From positions 570,001 to 602,000 of the forward strand of contig JALDRA010000001.1 of NCBI GenBank assembly GCA_031316235.1: 32,000 nt of DNA. Reading direction: 5' to 3'. This DNA is from Candidatus Scalindua sp. Lineage in GTDB: Bacteria > Planctomycetota > Brocadiia > Brocadiales > Scalinduaceae. A model generated the notes under the pieces. That model saw only the letters and a program-made list of their open reading frames with translations. It was not told the DNA's origin and ran no database searches. Numbering within the stretch: position 1 is the stretch's first letter; each line of letters opens with the position of its first letter. This document shows, one piece after another, positions 8,074 through 16,528 of the stretch. The position numbers were made by a program, and so were the translations under genes.

Positions 8074-8150
8074 ACCGGATAGATATTCAATCTCTCTTTA
8101 ACCGTAGACGGGAGTAATAACCAAATGGTTTATTGCACGAAAAATCTTTT

Positions 8151-8342
8151 TTACGACAAATAGCCTAACCCCTGCAACCTTTTTTTGATTTCCTCTTCAG
8201 AAGCAGATTCATCAAACTTCAATATCTCTTTTTCTATCATGTGGTTCACAAATTCTTCAACTGAAGAATAGCCTTTCTTTGCGGCATATGCTGTTGCTTT
8301 CTTTAACAACTCTTTATCAATCCTAATCTTTGAACTAGACAC
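8151..8342 (-). CDS. Small ribbon-helix-helix (CopG/Arc/MetJ-like) protein
   Basis: GTG start at 8342 preceded by a strong SD (aaggggaggaata-GTG). The sequence fits a strand-helix-helix pattern: KIRIDKELLKKATAYAAKKGYSSVEEFVNHMIEKEI. The tail is acidic and ends EEEIKKRLQGLGYLS. Confidence 0.6.
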   Translation of the reverse strand: MSSSKIRIDKELLKKATAYAAKKGYSSVEEFVNHMIEKEILKFDESASEEEIKKRLQGLGYLS

Positions 8343-8383
8343 TATTCCTCCCCTTTAACAATATAATTCGAATTACCCATTTG

Positions 8384-10414
8384 TTAAAAAATTGTATTTC
8401 CAACCATCTCTTTCTCTTTTTTAATACCAAATTCTGCTAAAATAGTGGGTGCAATATCATAAAGAGCAGGATCCTCTTTCCTTATCTTTCGGTTTGATAG
8501 TATAATTCCCGGGACTAGACTATTGTCCCCCAGATGTGTACCACTCCATTCCTTCATGTTGTCTCCCAGAAGTTCGTTAGGAACTTTACCTAAAGCCGTT
8601 TCCCATGATGCACGGTAACCGCGATTATAACCTATAACAAGGTCAGGTGCATCATTTCTGTATTTACCAGAATATATATCCTCTTTTTTGTAAGCCTTTT
8701 TAATGATTAAATATCCGTTTGTTGGGTCTCGCTCAACCTCAAGTTTTCTGATAATCTCTTCCAACAGCATCTCCCTCTCATTTCCTTCCAAAACGATACC
8801 AGTCCCTTCTCTCCCTTTAGTATTAATATAAATTCCATTAAAGCCAAGTGCATACGCTTTCGTTCTATTAAAATCCACATTCTCAAAAAATTCGCCGCTT
8901 TCACCTTTATATTCATGGATAAAATTAAGATATCCATTCCTTTTCAACCATGTATTCATATTAAAGTATCTACGAAAAGAGCCAAATCCGTGATCTGAAA
9001 GTACCATAATAGTAGTTTTATCTTTAATGTGGTTCATTGCCTTTCCTAAAATCCTGTCCATATCCTTATAGGTGTTTCTGATGACATGAGAATATTTCGA
9101 TGCCTCCTGAAAACTATATGCAGGATGATGCTCGTCTATGTTTCTCCAAAACATATGTTGAATTGGATCTGTCGTAGAGAAATAAACAAATAAGAGGCCT
9201 GAGTGAAATCTCCTCAATTCCATATCAAGCATCTTAACCCTTTGCTCTTTTATAAATCCAGATAGTTCCAAAAAGTTATCTTTGTGAAGATATCCCTGTT
9301 CCAATGCTTTAGTATCTTCAGGCATCCCCTGAGTGTAAAAGAGTCCAACCTCCTTGGCAACTTCAGAAGCATAGGACTTCGGTGTGCTAATATCAACAGT
9401 GGGGCTAAATGGATCAATATTAATAGGACTCACATAAAGTTCAAAATCAGGTCTCACACTCACCAAAAAAAGTCGGCATATTCCAGTTACCGTTTGAAAG
9501 GGAGCAAGTTTAAAATTAACATTCACCCAGTCACTCCACTCACCTTCATTCAAAAGAATCTCGTTTTTCCCTATCCTGATCAGAGCTACATGATTCTCCG
9601 GATCGCGCTTGATATCCACTCCTACTCTTACTCTTGATTGAGTAGTTTTAAAGGGATTTATCGGTCCCATCAACTCGGTTTTGGTGGTATCATTCAAAAA
9701 CTTTACGTTTAAAACTTTACCACTCGTAATTTCTTGCTCATTCTCTATCTCTTTAGTCGTATAAAAACTGAAGGTTCCGTACGACCCCAGTATGTCCGGC
9801 GTACCCATGCCAGACAATGTCCTCGATTTGGCTTTAACCGGTGGAAAATTCGCCGGAATCTTTATAACTGTTGAAGGAATTCCTTCAGCCTCAAGAATTT
9901 CCCAGAAAGCTTTTCCTTTTCTCAACAGTAAGGTTTCTGCCCTGGAGAATGGAATTAACCAATCTCCCAATTTAATTGTTCTCTTTGCATCGAATGTCTT
10001 TGAAGTAGAGAGGTAAGGGAGATAGGTTTTGGGCTCTCTCGCAATGAAATCAAAGATACCATGACCCCCTGGATCCATACCCGTAATTAAATTTGACCAT
10101 GCCACAGGACTTTGAGGAGGCATAGATGTGACAAGCTCCATAAAATCTCCCCTTTCCTGAAGGAGTTTAAAATTGGGCATAATTCCCTCCCCCATATATC
10201 TCCTTAACAACACCGGATCCATTCCGTCGAAACCTAAAACGAGAACTTTTTTGGTTGCCAGATCTGAGCCAGCACCACCTACCGTCGATGTGAGAAGTAT
10301 GAAAAAACCAGTGAGAAAAAACAGACTTTTCAATACAAAAAAATTTTTTTTAACCCTATCCAATTTCTCTGTCCGTATGATATTCAACCACCTGATTAGA
10401 GTCCTGAAATGCAT
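8384..10414 (-). CDS. Membrane-anchored alkaline-phosphatase-superfamily enzyme (type I phosphodiesterase/NPP-like), paralog 1
   Basis: N-terminal signal-anchor helix (FFVLKSLFFLTGFFILLTS). LVLGFDGMDP metal-site motif. MPPQSPVAWSNLITGMDPGGHGIFDF. VLSDHGF. C-terminal GTHLGDNSLVPGI and DIAPTILAEFGI. Collinear with 10468..12603 along its full length. Confidence 0.8.
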   Translation of the reverse strand: MHFRTLIRWLNIIRTEKLDRVKKNFFVLKSLFFLTGFFILLTSTVGGAGSDLATKKVLVLGFDGMDPVLLRRYMGEGIMPNFKLLQERGDFMELVTSMPPQSPVAWSNLITGMDPGGHGIFDFIAREPKTYLPYLSTSKTFDAKRTIKLGDWLIPFSRAETLLLRKGKAFWEILEAEGIPSTVIKIPANFPPVKAKSRTLSGMGTPDILGSYGTFSFYTTKEIENEQEITSGKVLNVKFLNDTTKTELMGPINPFKTTQSRVRVGVDIKRDPENHVALIRIGKNEILLNEGEWSDWVNVNFKLAPFQTVTGICRLFLVSVRPDFELYVSPINIDPFSPTVDISTPKSYASEVAKEVGLFYTQGMPEDTKALEQGYLHKDNFLELSGFIKEQRVKMLDMELRRFHSGLLFVYFSTTDPIQHMFWRNIDEHHPAYSFQEASKYSHVIRNTYKDMDRILGKAMNHIKDKTTIMVLSDHGFGSFRRYFNMNTWLKRNGYLNFIHEYKGESGEFFENVDFNRTKAYALGFNGIYINTKGREGTGIVLEGNEREMLLEEIIRKLEVERDPTNGYLIIKKAYKKEDIYSGKYRNDAPDLVIGYNRGYRASWETALGKVPNELLGDNMKEWSGTHLGDNSLVPGIILSNRKIRKEDPALYDIAPTILAEFGIKKEKEMVGNTIF

Positions 10415-10467
10415 TTTATTTTTTTTTACCCCCTCTAGAAAAACAACGATAGATGTGAGTTTAATGT

Positions 10468-12603
10468 TTAATTTATTAAAGACTTACCGTTCATATAGGA
10501 AGGAGGTTCTATTCCAAACAAATCCAGTATTGTAGGCGCCATATCGATAATATGAGGTTTATCAGATATAATTTTTTTATTACAATAGAACACTCCTGGT
10601 ACTATTTGTGGGTCCATACAATGATCTCCACTCCAGCTTTTTTTATTATCTGCAAAAACTTCTTCCTCCACTTTACCTAAAGCTGCGCCCCATGATGCCC
10701 TGTAACCCTCATTATAACCAATAATCAAGTCCGGTCCATTTTCTCTATAAGGCCCATCAAAACACTCTGTGCTGTTATAGACCTTTTTTATCGCAGTCTC
10801 CTTTTTCCCCTCATCAATTAATCCCTGCAATTTCTTTATTAACTCCTTCTTGAGTCCTTCTTTATCTTCAGGTAATACAATTCCTTTTGACTCTCTACCC
10901 GTCTGATTTATATAAATACCACTCAACCCAAAAGTGTATGCCTTTGTTTTTTTCCAATCTATATCCTGAAACCATTCTCTTCCCGTTTTTCTTCTGTTTC
11001 TCAGGGTTAGATAGCCATTTTTATAAAGCCAGGTGTTGAGATTTACGCCCCGACTAAACAGCTTGAACCCATGGTCGGAAAGAACTATGAGGACATCTTT
11101 CTCCTTAATTTTTTCCATCACCTGACCAATGAGACTATCCATCCTCATATAGAGTTTTTCTATAACATCCCTATATTTCTCTCTATCCACTCCATTATCA
11201 AGAGCAGGATGATTTTCTGACATAAAACGCATAAACATATGTTGAATTCTATCAGTTGTATCAAAAACGCATACACATAAGCCCTCTCTTGTTTTATCCA
11301 GGGCATCAAAAAACATCTTTTCTCTCTCTTGGTGATTTTGATAGGCTTGATCTAAAAAAACATCTTCATCAATAACTCGTTCGTTGAGAGCCCAAGTATC
11401 TTCAGCCAATCCCAGAGTTGCGTAACTTCCATTCATCTTGGCAAGGTAAATAGAATAGGATAAAGGAAAAGAGATAGGAAGCGAAGGTTTCTCTGGATCA
11501 ATATGTATAGGAGTCATATACATTTCAAATTTTGGATGAATTTGCTTAACAAAAAAACGGCAGATACCACAGATTTTCATGGCTGGCCCGCAACGAAACG
11601 ATAATTTAATCCATTTCGAATAGGTCCTTTTCTTTAGCATAAATTTTTCTTTAGCAATTTTTAATACAACTATTTCATTCCCACTTAGAGTAATTTCTAA
11701 TGGTATCCGCAATTCTTCGTTATCTTTTGACAAATTATTATTTGGTCCCGGTATATATGTTTTTATTTTATTGCCTTCTAAACTAACTGAAACCTGTATC
11801 CCTCCGATTCGCTTGCTTGCCTTTCTATTATTTGAGGTATAAATAGTAAATGTTCCCTGTGTCCCTTTTAAATCAGGCACACACATCCCTGAAAGCAGTA
11901 CCCCTTTCAATTTTTCTGGAGGAAAGGTAATAGGGATTCTAATAACAGAGCTGAAAATTCCGTATTCTCCCAGAATATTCCAGAAGGGCTTACTCTTTCG
12001 CAATAACTTGACTCTGGGTTTACCTCGTAAAAGTGAAAAGCTTCCTAACGAAAAAGTTTTGGAATTTTTTTCAATCTTAGTTGATGATAATTCCGGGAGG
12101 TACGTATTGAGGTCTCGGTTCAGGAAATCAAAGATATTGTGTCTGGACGGATCAACTCCTGTAATAAATGTTGACCATGCTACAGGCGATATTGATGGAA
12201 GAGTTGTTTGCAATTTCTGGTAGGTCCCAGAGCTGCTCAGTTTTAAAAGATTTGGAAGCTTTCCTTCTTTCATATACCTGGCTGCCAAATCAGGATCCAT
12301 CCCATCTAATCCGACAATGACTACACGTTTAATACCATGTTTAGCACTATTTGACTTTTTCCTTGTTACAAAAACCTTGACAATGAGTCGTAGAGGCCAG
12401 AAAAATATGGTTAATATGGCAAGAAAAATGGTGATGAAAAAAATGAAAAAGGAAGAGACAAATGCAAAGCCGGCTCCAGGTCCAATATATGCTTCAGCAA
12501 CACTCTCATGAAGGAACATTATACTTATTACAATAAACAAAAACCTTATCATTTTTGTTTGGACTAAAACAATTCGTTGTTTCCTTACACCTCTGTTTCG
12601 CAT
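10468..12603 (-). CDS. Membrane-anchored alkaline-phosphatase-superfamily enzyme (NPP-like), paralog 2
   Basis: VIVGLDGMDP, LPSISPVAWSTFITGVDPSRHNIFDF, VLSDHGF, SGDHCMDPQIVPGV, DMAPTILDLFGI. The N-terminus has a hydrophobic hairpin containing AYIGPGAGFAFVSSFFIFF that paralog 1 lacks. The true start may be the internal M at MIRFLFIV. Confidence 0.8.
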   Translation of the reverse strand: MRNRGVRKQRIVLVQTKMIRFLFIVISIMFLHESVAEAYIGPGAGFAFVSSFFIFFITIFLAILTIFFWPLRLIVKVFVTRKKSNSAKHGIKRVVIVGLDGMDPDLAARYMKEGKLPNLLKLSSSGTYQKLQTTLPSISPVAWSTFITGVDPSRHNIFDFLNRDLNTYLPELSSTKIEKNSKTFSLGSFSLLRGKPRVKLLRKSKPFWNILGEYGIFSSVIRIPITFPPEKLKGVLLSGMCVPDLKGTQGTFTIYTSNNRKASKRIGGIQVSVSLEGNKIKTYIPGPNNNLSKDNEELRIPLEITLSGNEIVVLKIAKEKFMLKKRTYSKWIKLSFRCGPAMKICGICRFFVKQIHPKFEMYMTPIHIDPEKPSLPISFPLSYSIYLAKMNGSYATLGLAEDTWALNERVIDEDVFLDQAYQNHQEREKMFFDALDKTREGLCVCVFDTTDRIQHMFMRFMSENHPALDNGVDREKYRDVIEKLYMRMDSLIGQVMEKIKEKDVLIVLSDHGFKLFSRGVNLNTWLYKNGYLTLRNRRKTGREWFQDIDWKKTKAYTFGLSGIYINQTGRESKGIVLPEDKEGLKKELIKKLQGLIDEGKKETAIKKVYNSTECFDGPYRENGPDLIIGYNEGYRASWGAALGKVEEEVFADNKKSWSGDHCMDPQIVPGVFYCNKKIISDKPHIIDMAPTILDLFGIEPPSYMNGKSLIN

Positions 12604-12683
12604 AGCTCTTTTTGCTGATCATCTGCGAAACAGTGATGGTTAAGAAAAGATTTCACTCTATTTAATGATTATGGACACCGTAT

Positions 12684-13460
12684 TTATGAAACTTTAGGTG
12701 GTTCTACCTGCCCATAACGTTTTGAAGTTATTGATTTGAAGAGAAACTTTTTCCCCCCACTTTTAGAGATTTTCATATCTCGTACTAACCGGAGGTAACC
12801 TCTCATAACTTGTAGTAATGATGGGAATGAGACAGCCTTTGAAAGCCCTTTCCTTACTCCCAGACGATAGGGAACCTCCGCAAAAAGATAACTCTTCTTT
12901 AACAACCTGATTAAAATATCCGTCTGGTAAAAAAATCCGGAACTCCTATTGTTAACGTCGCCTAATATAGCTTTCCGGTAAAGAACTGTTCCGTTTGTAT
13001 AATTTAAATTTACATTAAAAGTAGCATTAATGATAAAACGATATACATATGATAATAGATTCCTAAAAAAAGGGCGTACCTCTTTATTGAACACGAAAGG
13101 TACTACGATATCCACATGCTCTAACAGATCAAAATAACGTAACGTCTCCCAAGGGTCATTCTCATTATCTCCAGGAAACATTGATACAACCTCTTTTGTT
13201 GATTGATCAACTCCATCCCAGAATGAATTACCTACTCCATGGGGAACTGTATGATTAACGAGCTTAACACGATCATCATTTTTGATTATTTCGTTCACGA
13301 TATCTTTAGTTTTGTCGGTACTCCCATCGTTAATGACCACAATTTCTCCATTAATGCTGAGATTCTCAAAGGCTTTTAATGTATTGGTAACAGCTTCATG
13401 AATATTCTCCTCCTCATTCAACGCCGGCATTATGATAGATATACCAAATTTGTGGCTCAT
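12684..13460 (-). CDS. Family-2 glycosyltransferase (polyprenyl-phosphate sugar synthase-like, DPM1/CsbB/GtrB-type catalytic domain)
   Basis: The track ORF runs to 13646, but the GT-A fold starts at MSHKFGISIIMPALNEEENI. That ATG (13460) is preceded by aaggggagaacgctt (SD). Motifs: VVINDGSTDKT, MFPGDNENDP. I see no C-terminal TM helix. Confidence 0.8.
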   Translation of the reverse strand: MSHKFGISIIMPALNEEENIHEAVTNTLKAFENLSINGEIVVINDGSTDKTKDIVNEIIKNDDRVKLVNHTVPHGVGNSFWDGVDQSTKEVVSMFPGDNENDPWETLRYFDLLEHVDIVVPFVFNKEVRPFFRNLLSYVYRFIINATFNVNLNYTNGTVLYRKAILGDVNNRSSGFFYQTDILIRLLKKSYLFAEVPYRLGVRKGLSKAVSFPSLLQVMRGYLRLVRDMKISKSGGKKFLFKSITSKRYGQVEPPKVS

Positions 13461-13675
13461 AAGCGTTCTCCCCTTTTTAAAATTAACAAAACAAAATTGG
13501 CAATTTACAAGCGGTCCAAAATTCCCTGGACGGTAAAACCGCTGTTTGAGTTTGCAATGTGAGTATACCCTTCCTGAGGAAGGATTTAGGATGCATCGAG
13601 CAAACGAAAGACGGCTAACAATGACGAAACTGTCATAAGCTAACACATGTAGTATCTGAATGCAAATAGAAATTA

Positions 13676-13726
13676 ACCAAGATTTGGTTACCGGTAAAAC
13701 CGAAAACCAAATCGGTTTTAGTATAT
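13676..13726. repeat. REP/MITE-like element, copy B (hairpin half)
   Basis: accaagatttggttaccggtaaaaccgaaaaccaaatcggttttagtatat. The arms gatttggttaccgg / ccgaaaaccaaatc form a ~14-bp imperfect stem with a 5-nt loop. It sits 11 nt past the stop (13738) of the 918-aa YfhO-like gene. Confidence 0.8.
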
Positions 13727-13737
13727 CAAGTTAGCTT

Positions 13738-16494
13738 TCAACAAATAGCTATTACATTCTGAGATTGGAGTATCTGACTACGTTCGGACAAGAAATACAT
13801 TGCAACCCCTCCAATAACAAATGAGATAAATGCCACATAATAAATAGAGAGCGCTATTTTGAACAATAGAGGATTATAAACAAACCTAATCTCATTTTCT
13901 TCCTTCGGCAGGGGTATCGCCTTGAAATTACCATTTGCCCTATAAACAGGAGTCTCACTTCCGTTAACATAAGCACGCCACCATTTATCATATCCATCAG
14001 CCCAATACAGAATTCCTGTTTTGTTTGTTGTGGTCTTTAGAGAGATTGAGTTGTTACCGTACTGCTCAATAGTATAAGAAAAGTCCTCTTTCCCTCCTTC
14101 AGAAACAACGCCGGACTCTTCCTCAATATCTTCAACATCTCTTATCGTTACACTTGACTTATCTAAGTTCTGGTTGTACATCTGACTATCAACTAAGACA
14201 TAATTTTCTAACAACTGAAGAGATTTAATAGGTCCCATTTTGTTGAGAAAATCATAGCTATTCTCTTTATCAACGAGCACTACTCCTTTTTTGAACTGAA
14301 AAACAGGTTTGCCCACCGCAAAGATCGATTCCAAAGTTGACGGAGAGATTTCCGAATTGATAAGCTCAAAATATTCTCTAAACAGGTAAATACTGTTCCA
14401 ACGCTTATTCACTAAAGCATCTTCAAACTTATCAATTATGGTGGCCTCATCAATCATCGGAGAGAAAACAGAATGTTGTCGTACTAAAAGGGAAGTATAC
14501 CTCATTCCCTGACTGGTATTGCCATATATAGTTGGAGGAGTCAATAATCTCTTTTCCGGAAAAATAAGGTCACTGGGTGTTGTATTTACCTCAAAAACCA
14601 AGCCTGGATGTTTTTGACTATGATATAATGTCTCTGATTTACAAAAAGTGTAAATCAAATCGCCTGTTAAACTGAAAACAAAAATACAGAGCAGTATAAC
14701 TATCGAATATGCTTTTGTGCTTTTAGAGAAATATTGTCTGGTTTTGATAAAAAAAAAGATACCGACAGGGATTATAAATGCAAGAAGAACATGACAAATA
14801 AATTCCATTCTGTTCTCAGTCAAAAAAAGAACAAGACTTATGTGGCTTACTATCAAACTAAGGTATTGCCATTTTGTTTTCTGGCACTTATAAAAAATAC
14901 CAGCAAGCACAACAACAACTAAAGTGAGTACAATTAAATAAAGTGTAGAAAGAAATGCAGGTTCTGTGTACCAATAAACAGTGATTGGTACACAGAAACA
15001 AAACAAAAGAAAAGCGATAGCATTACGGTAATCTCTATTTTCCCAGAAAGGTGCTTTATGAGTAATTACTAAGTTGTCTCCGCTATACTCTTCGATAACA
15101 GATCGGTCGTGAGAGCCTCCAACATCTGATGGATAGTTTCTTTTTCTTGCCAATGAACGATTCGGAACACATCCTTTTGCATCTTCAGAGAAAACATATC
15201 CTCTCCAGGTTAAAAAGATATGATTGAGGCCTAAAACAAAAAAAAAGATCAAAGAGAACGTGAAGAACAATACTAACGGTGAGGTATGCCTGACAAACCT
15301 CATAGGTGGATATGCATAATAGAGTAGCATATGTATCCCCCCTGGTGGCCCCAACATCAACAATCCGAATCCAATAAGCACAAACAACCATACCTTCTTA
15401 AGAGCATGCTTACCTACTACCATCCCCAAGATGGCAATAGCCCATGGTAAAAGGCCGAGATACATAAATGCTTCTGAGGAGTTTCCCCAGCTTTTCCTCC
15501 CTGACCAGGGAATGTGTTTGTTCCCATCTGGAGCTATAATCTGGATAAAATCCCACATAGTTGCAAATGATCCGGTTTTGGTAATAGCATTGTATGACAT
15601 GTTAATTCCCTCAACCAAATTTTCAGGTTTTCCTTCGTACTGGAGATATGCTGCATGAGGTGCCCCGTTTCTACTGTCAACCAATTTCATCATTCTTGCT
15701 GGAAATATGAACCTTTCCTTCTCCAGCATAAGGACAATATTCGGTGCCATCATTACAAGCACAATGATAGTAGATACAGTAAATTTTGGGATCAAGCCTT
15801 TACTTTTAACTAAATCTTTTAAACAATCTCTGTGAAAAAAAACAACTCCCAAAGCGAAAAACAGGAAAAATATCCATGTGCCGGTAAAAAAATAGGATTG
15901 CCAGTTAAGGCCAATGAAACCTGATAATAGTAACCAAGAATACCATCTATAATCTCGATAATAAACAATGCGCAGCAGAAAATAGGTAATATATGGAACC
16001 CACATGAACTGATTAATAATGCCCTCTTGGTGAAAGGGGGCTAGCATGAAAGAAGAGAAGAGAAGAATAGGTATCAGAGACAACCTGATAAACAGATGTT
16101 TTGTCCAGGGTCGATATACTATATACACTCCTATCGCCATTAAAATCATTTTAATGAAGTGATTCCAGACATACATCATGACAAGATCGCTCGTAACAAA
16201 TTTCATTACATAGATCAAGACAAGAGAAATTGGTTCATAAAGTCTTACCTGGGCAAGGAGAGGATAAAACGGTTCTCCTCCGTGCGTGTATGGGTTCCAG
16301 AAAGGAAACTCCCCATTGAGTACGCTCTCTTCAAAAAATTGGGAAATTGGATAGGTCCAATAAAAACCATCATGCATTAATGTGGTTTCTCCAAAAATCA
16401 ACATCGAACGTAAGAGAAATATGAGAATCGCAATTCCAGATATTCCCGCACCAACTTCAATAATAAAGGAATTACGTCTTTTCTTTTTTGTCAT
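13738..16494 (-). CDS. YfhO-like polytopic membrane glycosyltransferase (GT-C-like)
   Basis: 918 aa with an ATG start. N-terminal HDGFYWTYP...NGEFPFWNPYTHGGEPFY, then many TM helices. The C-terminal extracytoplasmic domain ends in the YfhO-typical ILYWADGYDKWWRAYVNGSETPVYRANGNFKAIPLPKEENEIRFVYNP plus a final TM helix. Confidence 0.8.
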   Translation of the reverse strand: MTKKKRRNSFIIEVGAGISGIAILIFLLRSMLIFGETTLMHDGFYWTYPISQFFEESVLNGEFPFWNPYTHGGEPFYPLLAQVRLYEPISLVLIYVMKFVTSDLVMMYVWNHFIKMILMAIGVYIVYRPWTKHLFIRLSLIPILLFSSFMLAPFHQEGIINQFMWVPYITYFLLRIVYYRDYRWYSWLLLSGFIGLNWQSYFFTGTWIFFLFFALGVVFFHRDCLKDLVKSKGLIPKFTVSTIIVLVMMAPNIVLMLEKERFIFPARMMKLVDSRNGAPHAAYLQYEGKPENLVEGINMSYNAITKTGSFATMWDFIQIIAPDGNKHIPWSGRKSWGNSSEAFMYLGLLPWAIAILGMVVGKHALKKVWLFVLIGFGLLMLGPPGGIHMLLYYAYPPMRFVRHTSPLVLFFTFSLIFFFVLGLNHIFLTWRGYVFSEDAKGCVPNRSLARKRNYPSDVGGSHDRSVIEEYSGDNLVITHKAPFWENRDYRNAIAFLLFCFCVPITVYWYTEPAFLSTLYLIVLTLVVVVLAGIFYKCQKTKWQYLSLIVSHISLVLFLTENRMEFICHVLLAFIIPVGIFFFIKTRQYFSKSTKAYSIVILLCIFVFSLTGDLIYTFCKSETLYHSQKHPGLVFEVNTTPSDLIFPEKRLLTPPTIYGNTSQGMRYTSLLVRQHSVFSPMIDEATIIDKFEDALVNKRWNSIYLFREYFELINSEISPSTLESIFAVGKPVFQFKKGVVLVDKENSYDFLNKMGPIKSLQLLENYVLVDSQMYNQNLDKSSVTIRDVEDIEEESGVVSEGGKEDFSYTIEQYGNNSISLKTTTNKTGILYWADGYDKWWRAYVNGSETPVYRANGNFKAIPLPKEENEIRFVYNPLLFKIALSIYYVAFISFVIGGVAMYFLSERSQILQSQNVIAIC

Positions 16495-16528
16495 ATCTCA
16501 CTTTTCATAACATTCAAAATCAAGTTAG

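Noticed and set aside
8151-8342. RHH protein as the antitoxin of a type II toxin-antitoxin pair
   Set aside because: There is no adjacent small toxin-like ORF. Its neighbours are a 676-aa enzyme and a 276-aa membrane protein, at 41- and 77-nt spacing on the same strand.
8707-12511. Embedded ORFs within the two AP-family genes (8707..8937, 9284..9637, 9792..10016, 10173..10535, 12008..12223, 12317..12511)
   Set aside because: Each is out of frame or antisense within a long ORF that carries clear AP-superfamily motifs end to end. I see no independent support for any of them.
13461-13646. N-terminal 62-aa extension of the GT2 ORF as listed in the track (start at 13646)
   Set aside because: The extension (MLAYDSFVIVSRLSFARCILNPSSGRVYSHCKLKQRF...) is Cys/Arg-rich and unlike any GT-A N-terminus. 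The GT2 fold begins right after the internal ATG at 13460, which has a good SD (aaggggag). I call 12684..13460 instead.
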